A stretch of DNA of 57,869 nt from a virus (taxonomy: Duplodnaviria; Caudoviricetes), in IMG/VR virus record IMGVR_UViG_3300008448_000091, positions 1 through 57,869 of that record; one strand, given 5' to 3'. Every line of letters starts with the position of its first letter. Within the stretch, counting starts at the first letter, position 1. The notes under the pieces are model-generated. The model was given only the letters and a program-made list of their open reading frames with translations, ran no database searches and was not told where the DNA came from. Below, piece after piece: positions 1-6,793 of the stretch. A program made the translations under genes and the position numbers.

Positions 1-72
1 ATATTTCAATTGGTTAGAAACGGGGATGTATATGCCGCGTAATGTGAGTTCGACTCTCACTCCCAACCACCA
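1..72 (+). tRNA. 5'-truncated, degenerate tRNA-like element (anticodon unclear)
   Basis: D-arm TTTC/GAAA with GG loop, T-arm GTGAG-TTCGACT-CTCAC, ends ACCA; anticodon stem pairs poorly; 5' end outside window. Confidence 0.5.
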
Positions 73-77
73 AACAA

Positions 78-154
78 GCCCAGGTGATGGAATTGGTATA
101 CGTGTTGGTCTTAGAAGCCAAATTTTGCGAGTTCGAGTCTCGCCCTGGGCACCA
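78..154 (+). tRNA. tRNA-Leu(UAG), short variable arm
   Basis: Acceptor GCCCAGG/CCTGGGC, anticodon arm TTGGT-CTTAGAA-GCCAA, T-loop TTCGAGT, encoded CCA. Confidence 0.93.
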
Positions 155-162
155 AATTCGCG

Positions 163-191
163 TTGACTAGTCGCGTACAATATGATAAGAT
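163..191 (+). promoter_or_regulatory. sigma70-type (early) promoter
   Basis: TTGACT-N17-TAAGAT with extended -10 TG, 10 nt upstream of tRNA-Ala. Confidence 0.7.
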
Positions 192-201
192 ACTAGTCTT
201 T

Positions 202-276
202 GGGGTCATAGCGTAATTGGGAACGCAGTAGCTTTGCAAGCTTCAGTTCAGGGTTCGATTCCCTGTGATTCCACCA
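202..276 (+). tRNA. tRNA-Ala(UGC)
   Basis: Acceptor GGGGTCA/TGATTCC with G3:U70, loop TTTGCAA, CCA. Confidence 0.93.
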
Positions 277-299
277 ATTTAACTTTTTGGGAGTTTATT

Positions 300-500
300 A
301 TGGATGTTAATCAGGCAACAAACTTTTTGGTGTGTTCTATTTTGACAGGATTTGGTTTTATTCTTGTAGCAGCAATTGTGGTTGTCATTAACAACATATT
401 CGCGGCATTTTGGAAACCAATCATTTGGTCAAATATGCTACCAGAGGATATGTTTCCTCAAAGATATGCAGATCAACAAGAAATGTTTCCAAAGAAGTAA
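300..500 (+). CDS. small membrane protein, hypothetical
   Basis: GGAG RBS before ATG300; hydrophobic segment FLVCSILTGFGFILVAAIVVVI; fills the gap between tRNAs (start moved from 234, which lies inside tRNA-Ala). Confidence 0.7.
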   Translation: MDVNQATNFLVCSILTGFGFILVAAIVVVINNIFAAFWKPIIWSNMLPEDMFPQRYADQQEMFPKK

Positions 501-509
501 TCGTTATAT

Positions 510-583
510 CTCCGTGTGGTGAAATGGTATCATTCGTGGTTTGGGGCCATGGGGCGAAGGTTCGATTCCTTCTACGGAGACCA
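510..583 (+). tRNA. tRNA-Pro(UGG)
   Basis: Acceptor CTCCGTG/TACGGAG, arm CGTGG-TTTGGGG-CCATG, CCA. Confidence 0.92.
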
Positions 584-593
584 AAGTTTTTAT

Positions 594-668
594 TCCAGAG
601 TAGCACAGCGGTAGTGCAGTTGACTGTTAATCAATTGGTCGTAGGTTCGATCCCTGCCTCTGGAGCCA
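594..668 (+). tRNA. tRNA-Asn(GUU)
   Basis: Acceptor TCCAGAG/CTCTGGA, loop CTGTTAA, G discriminator, CCA. Confidence 0.95.
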
Positions 669-674
669 ATTTAA

Positions 675-1307
675 ATGTTTAAGACTACATTATTACATAT
701 GAAACAAACAATACTAGCTATGTACTCGGGAGGATTGGACAGTTTGGGTATGTTGTACAAACTTCTAACTGAGGATGCATATAAAGATTACAACCTACAC
801 ATTCATCATATCCACAATGTAAACGTTGAAAATAGACATCATGCAGAATCTGTTGTAGTAAATCAAGTCAAGAAAGAGCTCGCGAACCTGGGGTTCAATT
901 TTATCTACAGTGAAAGTAAAATAATAACACCACCCTTTAACAACAGGTTTATGGTTGATGTGGATATGATGAATTTTTTTGCTGGGTATGTTGCTTCTGT
1001 GAATCCTGATATTGTGAGGGTTGCAATTGGACAGCAAGCTAGTGATGGTGCTCGTCGGCTTGAAGAACGTAGGATTCGTGGTCAAAAAATATTCTCTGTA
1101 TTCTCTACAGCAGAAAAAATATATCCCGTCGGGGATATGACTAAACGACAAATTTATGATATATTACCGGAATCATTACGTAATAAGTTTTGGAGCTGTA
1201 GACGTCCCAACTACGAACAAAAAATTGCCAAGCCTTGCTTAGGATGCGATACTTGTCAAGCATTACAGGATCAAGGTATACCGTTTAATATGGAGATGAT
1301 GCTCTAA
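675..1307 (+). CDS. queC: QueC-like PP-loop ATPase (7-cyano-7-deazaguanine synthase family)
   Basis: N-terminal SGGLDS PP-loop; C-terminal WSC...PCxxCxxC zinc motif. Confidence 0.75.
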   Translation: MFKTTLLHMKQTILAMYSGGLDSLGMLYKLLTEDAYKDYNLHIHHIHNVNVENRHHAESVVVNQVKKELANLGFNFIYSESKIITPPFNNRFMVDVDMMNFFAGYVASVNPDIVRVAIGQQASDGARRLEERRIRGQKIFSVFSTAEKIYPVGDMTKRQIYDILPESLRNKFWSCRRPNYEQKIAKPCLGCDTCQALQDQGIPFNMEMML

Positions 1308-1373
1308 TGGTAGGGCAGCGGACTGTAACTCCGTGGCTTCGGCGAGTAGGTTCGATTCCTACCATCTCCACCA
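1292..1373 (+). tRNA. tRNA-Tyr(GUA)
   Basis: Acceptor GGAGATG/CATCTCC, loop CTGTAAC, variable arm with TTCG, CCA. Confidence 0.94.
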
Positions 1374-1377
1374 ATTT

Positions 1378-1452
1378 GGGTCTTTAGTAAAATGAATATT
1401 ACACAACGCTACGAACGTTGAAGTGGGAGTTTGATTCTCTCAAGACCCTCCA
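1378..1452 (+). tRNA. tRNA-Arg(ACG)
   Basis: Acceptor GGGTCTT/AAGACCC, arm CAACG-CTACGAA-CGTTG, CCA; atypical elbow bases. Confidence 0.88.
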
Positions 1453-1459
1453 ATTTTAT

Positions 1460-1532
1460 GCGGGTAAGCACAAGGTGTGTCGCCAGCCTTCCAAGCTGTG
1501 CAGTTGGGGTTCGAATCCCCATACCCGCTCCA
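1460..1532 (+). tRNA. tRNA-Gly(UCC), atypical D-arm
   Basis: Acceptor GCGGGTA/TACCCGC, U73, loop CTTCCAA, T-arm TGGGG-TTCGAAT-CCCCA. Confidence 0.85.
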
Positions 1533-1534
1533 AT

Positions 1535-1609
1535 GCCTCGTTAACTCAGTGGTAGAGTAGCGCCCTTACAAGGCGAATGTCGGCAGTTCGACCCTGTCAC
1601 GAGGTACCA
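1535..1609 (+). tRNA. tRNA-Val(UAC)
   Basis: Cloverleaf, loop CTTACAA, CCA. Confidence 0.94.
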
Positions 1610-1615
1610 GTTTGT

Positions 1616-1689
1616 TTCTCCCTAGTGTAATGGCAGCACGTCGGTCTCCAAAACCGTTAGTAAGAGTTCGAGTCTCTTGGGGGATGCCA
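1616..1689 (+). tRNA. tRNA-Trp(CCA)
   Basis: Loop CTCCAAA, G73, CCA; 1:72 mismatch. Confidence 0.9.
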
Positions 1690-1694
1690 ATTTT

Positions 1695-1769
1695 GCCGAC
1701 TTAGCACAGTGGTAGTGCAATCGCCTTGTAAGCGATAGGTCATCAGTTCGAATCCGATAGTCGGCACCA
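1695..1769 (+). tRNA. tRNA-Thr(UGU)
   Basis: Acceptor GCCGACT/AGTCGGC, loop CTTGTAA, CCA. Confidence 0.94.
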
Positions 1770-1776
1770 TACATAT

Positions 1777-1868
1777 GGAAAGTAATGCAGTGGGGTTGGT
1801 CCCGCGACTGGCCTTGAAAACCAGGTTCTCTTAACGGGGATGGGGTTCGACTCCTCTGCTTTCCGCCA
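1777..1868 (+). tRNA. tRNA-Ser(UGA) with 8/4 acceptor/T-stem fold
   Basis: GGAAAGTA/TGCTTTCC 8 bp, T-stem GGGG/CCTC 4 bp, loop CTTGAAA, long variable arm, G73, CCA. Confidence 0.85.
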
Positions 1869-1876
1869 ACAATTTA

Positions 1877-1966
1877 GGAACGGTCCCATAATGGTATTGG
1901 AGCGGATTGCTAATCCGTCGATCGGTGAAAGCTGGTTTAAGAGTTCGAGTCTCTTTCGTTCCGCCA
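1877..1966 (+). tRNA. tRNA-Ser(GCU)
   Basis: Loop TTGCTAA, long variable arm with GAAA loop, G73, CCA. Confidence 0.93.
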
Positions 1967-1974
1967 AACAATAT

Positions 1975-2049
1975 CTGGCGGTAGTATAATGGATAATACA
2001 GTTGCCTTCTAAGCAATCAATCCAGGTTCGATTCCTGGTCGCCGGACCA
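1975..2049 (+). tRNA. tRNA-Arg(UCU)
   Basis: Loop CTTCTAA, T-arm CCAGG-TTCGATT-CCTGG, CCA. Confidence 0.93.
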
Positions 2050-2066
2050 TATATATTAGATATAAT

Positions 2067-2141
2067 GCGCTTGTAGCTTAATGGTAAAGCAGTCGACTCA
2101 TAATCGATCGAGTGGGAGTTCAATTCTCTCCAGGCGTACCA
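2067..2141 (+). tRNA. tRNA(CAU), probably Ile2 (lysidine type)
   Basis: Arm GTCGA-CTCATAA-TCGAT and T-loop TTCAA resemble bacterial tRNA-Ile2. Confidence 0.85.
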
Positions 2142-2159
2142 ACTTGATATGGAGTTAGA

Positions 2160-2792
2160 ATGAGTGATAGTGAAAATTTAAAAGTATTAAAAGGTTCTTG
2201 TAGAACTAAGCACCTTGATGTTCGTAAGAATGAACAAGTTGAGCGTGACTTTAGAAGTTTTATTCCTAAAGACTATCTCAGATTAGAACCGTGGGAGATT
2301 GAATACCTCTACCTGATTGGTAAACGATCAAAGTTTGGTATTCTTGAGACAGGACGGTTCCAAGGTGGATCTACTCTTGTGTTTGCTCACGCCAATAAAG
2401 ACGTTCCCATTTATTCAATTGATATCAACCCAATCGACGACCAACTACTTGGTACAGTGATGTCCCAATGTAAGGTTGCTCGTAACGACGTCCATCTAAT
2501 TATTGGTGACTCACAAAAAACAAAGTATACAGTTATCCATCGGTATGATGTATTGTTTGTTGATGGAGACCATTCGTATCAAGGATGTTTGAACGATCTT
2601 AATAATTGGTGGGATCAGTTAGAAGTTGGTGGGCATGTAGTTTGTCACGATTGTTATTTTGGTAATGAAGTACAGGATGCCGTGCTTGACTTCATTTCTA
2701 ATAAGAATGTGAGAATCTTTATATCACCATACAATCCAAATGCACACAAGAATATGCCACATGGCTCTTTGTGTCACTTTCAAAAATTATAA
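2160..2792 (+). CDS. class I SAM-dependent methyltransferase (Methyltransf_24-like)
   Basis: ILETGRFQGGS motif I, YSIDI, LFVDGDHSY, VVCHD; GGAG RBS. Confidence 0.85.
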   Translation: MSDSENLKVLKGSCRTKHLDVRKNEQVERDFRSFIPKDYLRLEPWEIEYLYLIGKRSKFGILETGRFQGGSTLVFAHANKDVPIYSIDINPIDDQLLGTVMSQCKVARNDVHLIIGDSQKTKYTVIHRYDVLFVDGDHSYQGCLNDLNNWWDQLEVGGHVVCHDCYFGNEVQDAVLDFISNKNVRIFISPYNPNAHKNMPHGSLCHFQKL

Positions 2793-2863
2793 CGCGGGGA
2801 TTCAGGGTAAGGGTCAGTCTCATAAGCTCGGCTTTGGAGGTTCAAATCCTCCCCCCGCAACCA
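2793..2863 (+). tRNA. initiator-like tRNA-Met(CAU) with degenerate D-arm
   Basis: CGCGGGG/CCCCGCA with C1:A72 mismatch, T-loop TTCAAAT, loop CTCATAA, CCA; no canonical D-stem. Confidence 0.7.
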
Positions 2864-2868
2864 TTAAC

Positions 2869-2943
2869 GGTGATATAGCCTAGACGGATAGGCACGGGTT
2901 TCATACGCCTGACAGGAAGGATCGTTACCTTCTATCACCACCA
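2869..2943 (+). tRNA. tRNA-Met(CAU), elongator type
   Basis: Acceptor GGTGATA/TATCACC, loop TTCATAC, atypical T-loop ATCGTTA, CCA. Confidence 0.85.
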
Positions 2944-2956
2944 CAGAGGAAATTAT

Positions 2957-3193
2957 ATGTCACATGGTGGAAAAGGATCTAAGCCGCGGCCTTACAGTGT
3001 AAGCCAGGTTGAGTATGAATCGCGCTGGGATGCTATCTTTGGTCGCGATCTAAAAGAAGAAGATAATACTGGAACTTCAAAAAACGAGTATAATGATATT
3101 CTTACAACAGAACAGGCGCTAACAGAAAGTGTTGGAGCTAGCGGGGTGCATAATGAGGAAGTTAAATCTAGCGGAAGTAAAGGAATTTATTGA
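2957..3193 (+). CDS. small hypothetical phage protein (GGKGSxPRP motif)
   Basis: GAGG RBS; N-terminal GGKGSKPRP...WDAIF pattern recalled from T4-like phages. Confidence 0.7.
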   Translation: MSHGGKGSKPRPYSVSQVEYESRWDAIFGRDLKEEDNTGTSKNEYNDILTTEQALTESVGASGVHNEEVKSSGSKGIY

Positions 3194-3623
3194 CGCTCAA
3201 TCACCATCTACAAAGATCTATATTGGCGCTGACTCTGAACGTTTCAAAATAGACGGGAAGTGGTACGCTGATTATACTTTAGCTATTGTTGTTCATATTG
3301 ACGGTTGCCATGGATGTAAAATCTTTGGTGAAGTTCACCGTGAACTTGATTATGATCAAAAGAAAAGTAAGCCAGCTCTTCGTTTAATGAATGAGGTGTA
3401 TAAAGTATCTGATCTATTTCAATCGTTAGCTGATGTACTCGAAGACCGGTATGTTGAGGTTCACTTGGATATCAACCCAGATCAAATGTTTGGTTCTAGC
3501 TGTGTTGTACAACAAGCAATTGGATACATTAAAGGAACATGTAATGTTATTCCGATGGTCAAACCAAAAGCATTTGCTGCATCATATGCTGCTGACCGCC
3601 TGAAAGAAGTTTTGGCAGCTTAA
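3153..3623 (+). CDS. RNase H-like YkuK/DUF458 family protein
   Basis: IYIGADS, RLMNEV, EVHLDIN and AASYAAD acidic motifs; ATG at 3153. Confidence 0.8.
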   Translation: MRKLNLAEVKEFIDAQSPSTKIYIGADSERFKIDGKWYADYTLAIVVHIDGCHGCKIFGEVHRELDYDQKKSKPALRLMNEVYKVSDLFQSLADVLEDRYVEVHLDINPDQMFGSSCVVQQAIGYIKGTCNVIPMVKPKAFAASYAADRLKEVLAA

Positions 3624-3626
3624 ATT

Positions 3627-3652
3627 GAGGTCGCTATGCGGCCTCTTTTTTT
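3627..3652 (+). terminator. intrinsic terminator
   Basis: GAGGTCGC-TAT-GCGGCCTC followed by T7, directly after the stop at 3623. Confidence 0.85.
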
Positions 3653-4251
3653 GCCTCTATTGTTTTCCAATCAAAGCTCCACGTTGGATCTAGTTTTTCG
3701 TATATTACCCACTGTGGTGTACTTCTTATCATTACCGGAAACCCAACTTCATGCATTCCGCTGAAGAACAAATTCTCAGGATTCCTTTTTATCTTCTTCT
3801 CTCCCAATCGTGTTCTTTTGAATATATGTACAATGTTCTTATTATATTGATTCAGGGTTAAACATATTGAATTAAACTTGTTATCAATTGCCCATTCCTT
3901 GTGTATACTTAACATTTGGGTTGGTACCTGTAAGTTTCTATATTCCTTTTGAACCCACGTTCTTACGCCAGCAATTGCAAGGTCGTTACAAAAAGAGCTT
4001 TTGTAAATTCCACCGCATGCTACTACGGAGTCATTGTCAAAAAGAATAAAGAACTCTCCATCTTGATTAAATCTATTTGTTTTTTCAAGTATGAAGGGAA
4101 GAGTGTTGCTTCTTACCGGCCAATCACTACTCCACATATTATTATGTGCAGGCATGTTATCTTCTTTGCTTGCTTCTTTGCAAAACATAAAAAAATTATG
4201 TTTTTGAAGAGGTGTAAGATCGGGATACCTAACAGGTTTAAAGGTCGTCAT
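3634..4251 (-). CDS. GNAT-like N-acetyltransferase
   Basis: VVACGGIY...GVRTWVQKEYRN resembles GNAT beta3/motif A. Confidence 0.6.
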   Translation of the reverse strand: MTTFKPVRYPDLTPLQKHNFFMFCKEASKEDNMPAHNNMWSSDWPVRSNTLPFILEKTNRFNQDGEFFILFDNDSVVACGGIYKSSFCNDLAIAGVRTWVQKEYRNLQVPTQMLSIHKEWAIDNKFNSICLTLNQYNKNIVHIFKRTRLGEKKIKRNPENLFFSGMHEVGFPVMIRSTPQWVIYEKLDPTWSFDWKTIEAKKEAA

Positions 4252-4269
4252 AAATAATTACCATTATAA

Positions 4270-4277
4270 TATAAATA
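4270..4277 (+). promoter_or_regulatory. T4-type late promoter TATAAATA
   Basis: Exact consensus 5 nt before the desaturase ATG. Confidence 0.7.
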
Positions 4278-4282
4278 CAGCT

Positions 4283-5038
4283 ATGAAGTTTTTTTCATCA
4301 TCACCCAACTCACTTTTTGTTGTACAACTAATTACGTTTGTACTCGTGGCTGTAGGTTTATTTATAGTAGACTATAGTTGGTATTATGTTATGTTGAGTG
4401 TCTTAATGTTTTACTGTTACACGGTGCTGGGTATAGGGCTGATGCTGCACCGGTTTTATACACATAAGAGTTTTGAGCTCAGTCCTGCTATAAAGTGGGT
4501 CCTTACTACATTTGCCGTACTAGCAGGTCGCGGTAGTCCGTTAGGATGGGTGTACATACATAGGCTGCATCACGCAACATCTGATACAGAAAAAGACCCA
4601 CACAGTCCCCATTTCAGTACGTTTAAGTTTATTAGGTTCAAACCTGTAGTAGATTCAACAAAGAAAATTAATTATTTTATTATTAAAGATATCATGTCAC
4701 CAGCTCAGATAAAAATAGATAATTATTATTTGTTGTTTGTGTTGGGATTCCCTATAGGGTTAAGTTTACTCAGTTATAATTTAGTGTTTTACATCTGGGC
4801 GTTGCCTGTGTTCACAGTGGGTGTAACACAATTGTTATTTAACTATGTCTCCCACATGTACGGATATAGAAACATTGATACTAAAGACCGTAGTACGAAC
4901 AACGTACTTCTATGGCCATTCATAATGGGAGAAGCGTGGCATAATAACCACCATGGTAACCCAAGTTCACCGACTACAAATATACGTTGGTGGGAAATCG
5001 ATCCAGCAGGTTTTATTATTAGGATGATTAGGAAATGA
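4283..5038 (+). CDS. fatty-acid (acyl-CoA/acyl-lipid delta-9-like) desaturase 1
   Basis: His boxes HRFYTH, HRLHH, GEAWHNNHH; DPHSP; transmembrane segments. Confidence 0.92.
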   Translation: MKFFSSSPNSLFVVQLITFVLVAVGLFIVDYSWYYVMLSVLMFYCYTVLGIGLMLHRFYTHKSFELSPAIKWVLTTFAVLAGRGSPLGWVYIHRLHHATSDTEKDPHSPHFSTFKFIRFKPVVDSTKKINYFIIKDIMSPAQIKIDNYYLLFVLGFPIGLSLLSYNLVFYIWALPVFTVGVTQLLFNYVSHMYGYRNIDTKDRSTNNVLLWPFIMGEAWHNNHHGNPSSPTTNIRWWEIDPAGFIIRMIRK

Positions 5039-5829
5039 AAAAATACTTGTATCCACGGGAGTGGGTTTTCATAATATTACAATTGTTAGCTGGTGGTGTA
5101 ACAATATGGGCTATATTTAATCCAGCCAGTGTGCAGTATTGGTTGTTATCATTGTTTGGTTATTTTTTAATAACGTGTCTTGGTATTACCGTTACATTTC
5201 ATAGATTGCTAACACACAACTCATATACACTATGGAAACCTTTTGAATACTTGTTTAGTTACTTTGCTAACATAGGATGTACGGGAAGTAGTGTGGGTTG
5301 GGTGTATGTTCATAGACTACATCATAGATATTCCGATCAACCTGGAGATCCCCATAGTCCGACAACTCTGGGTCCTGTTGGTGCTATCCTTGGCGATTAT
5401 GGTAATGGTTTCAATAAATGGGTTGTTAGAGATATCATTAAGGATCCCGTGCATAGGTTCATGCATGAGTATTATACAGGTATCGTATTGTTAACTTTAA
5501 CCGTATTGATGCTTATAGATCCCTTGCTCGCCGTCTATCTTTATGGTATTCCTGTGTTTATGAATACATTAGCATCACGTCTTAGTAATTGGATTAATCA
5601 TACGGCGGTATTTGGAAGAAAGCCAATCAAAACCAGTGATCACTCACAGAACATTTGGTGGTGGGCGTTGTTAACGTTTGGAGAAGGTTGGCATAATAAT
5701 CACCACGCACATCCTGGTGACTACCGTCTTGGACGTCGCTGGTGGGAGTTTGACGTGGCAAAGTATATCATCGAGTTCTTGTTCATTATACAACTTGCTC
5801 ACAAAAAAGTAAGAAGAGTTACAACCTAG
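5035..5829 (+). CDS. fatty-acid desaturase 2
   Basis: His boxes HRLLTH, HRLHH, GEGWHNNHH; DPHSP; ATGA overlap with desaturase 1. Confidence 0.92.
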   Translation: MKKYLYPREWVFIILQLLAGGVTIWAIFNPASVQYWLLSLFGYFLITCLGITVTFHRLLTHNSYTLWKPFEYLFSYFANIGCTGSSVGWVYVHRLHHRYSDQPGDPHSPTTLGPVGAILGDYGNGFNKWVVRDIIKDPVHRFMHEYYTGIVLLTLTVLMLIDPLLAVYLYGIPVFMNTLASRLSNWINHTAVFGRKPIKTSDHSQNIWWWALLTFGEGWHNNHHAHPGDYRLGRRWWEFDVAKYIIEFLFIIQLAHKKVRRVTT

Positions 5830-5886
5830 TTGTCTTTTACCAGCATCTCATGGATAGTTGGCTGATTCACACACAAACGAGATCAA

Positions 5887-6120
5887 ATGGAATTTAGTCC
5901 GGTTAAAACACTTAAAGACTTTCAGCGAGAAGTCGAACAGCTTGCTTTCGAAAAGCGCATTGACTTTATGGAGGCTGTGATATTATACTGTGAACAAACA
6001 GGCATGGAGGTTGAGGCTGCTGGTAGCCTCATCAAGTCAAGTGCAAAGATGAAAGCACGCATTCAAGATGAAGCTGAGCAACTGAACTACTTCCCTAAGA
6101 CCGCCAAGCTACCAATATAA
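5887..6120 (+). CDS. gp33: late transcription coactivator
   Basis: Size, EAVILYCE...IQDEAEQLNY...KLPI; synteny 33-59-32. Confidence 0.88.
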   Translation: MEFSPVKTLKDFQREVEQLAFEKRIDFMEAVILYCEQTGMEVEAAGSLIKSSAKMKARIQDEAEQLNYFPKTAKLPI

Positions 6121-6722
6121 TGAATTACTTAAGAATGGATCCATTTGACGCCTACAAACAGTACCTTGCATTGAAGAGTCATTTCTCAACAAAGACATAT
6201 GACTACTTCAAATATGGTACGGCCGTCAAAGCAAAGCGTGAGTCTTTTGAAACCCGTAAAGACAAATACTTCTTTTATAAGTTATCCAAACGCAAAGACT
6301 TGCTAGACTTCTTGGTCGCAATGTTTGTGTATGGAAAAAAAGATATGTGGATTGGTGATGTTCTTCGCAATGAGGAGACAGAGCAACTTTACAAAAAATG
6401 GCAGACTGTAAAGCAATCCCTAACATATGTGTTTATGAATGATATGGAAAAGTTGAATCCGGACCTTATAAGCAGCTTCATTGTACAGGATGGTCAACAT
6501 CCCCATGCTTTAAAGCTGCTTCTACGCGATGAGATCCACCTAGAAACGTTTATCATTCTGAACGACATAATGAGGTTCACTCCCTCATGGAACCGTGAAA
6601 TAGCGGATCAAATCATCTGGCCTGAGGTTCGCCAGAAGTGTAAGAAATATCACCCCTTTATGGAGTACGACAAGGAAAAATGTAAAAATATTCTTGTTGA
6701 CAAGTTCGACTTAAAGAGGTAA
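6120..6722 (+). CDS. gp59: DNA helicase loader
   Basis: YLALKSHF...YDYFKY...FETRKDKYFF; position upstream of gp32. Confidence 0.9.
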   Translation: MNYLRMDPFDAYKQYLALKSHFSTKTYDYFKYGTAVKAKRESFETRKDKYFFYKLSKRKDLLDFLVAMFVYGKKDMWIGDVLRNEETEQLYKKWQTVKQSLTYVFMNDMEKLNPDLISSFIVQDGQHPHALKLLLRDEIHLETFIILNDIMRFTPSWNREIADQIIWPEVRQKCKKYHPFMEYDKEKCKNILVDKFDLKR

Positions 6723-6730
6723 TATAAATA
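6697..6730 (+). promoter_or_regulatory. overlapping sigma70-like (TTGACA-N17-TAATAT) and late (TATAAATA, 6723-6730) promoters for gp32
   Basis: Both motifs read directly upstream of an AT-rich gp32 leader. Confidence 0.65.
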
Positions 6731-6793
6731 CTATTATCGATATGATAATGTGGATACAAACATACTTTTAATACATTTTATACAAGGAAATAT

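Noticed and set aside
1777-1868. Selenocysteine or opal-suppressor tRNA
   Set aside because: The anticodon is UGA (reads UCA, Ser), not UCA; the fold is 8/4, not 8/5
234-2123. ORFs 234..500 (5' extension), 410..682, 421..606, 1743..2123, 1831..2016
   Set aside because: They overlap well-formed tRNA genes and are translations of tRNA sequence
5830-5858. Possible sigma70 promoter before gp33 (TTGTCT-N17-GATAGT)
   Set aside because: Both hexamers are weak; not supportable from sequence alone
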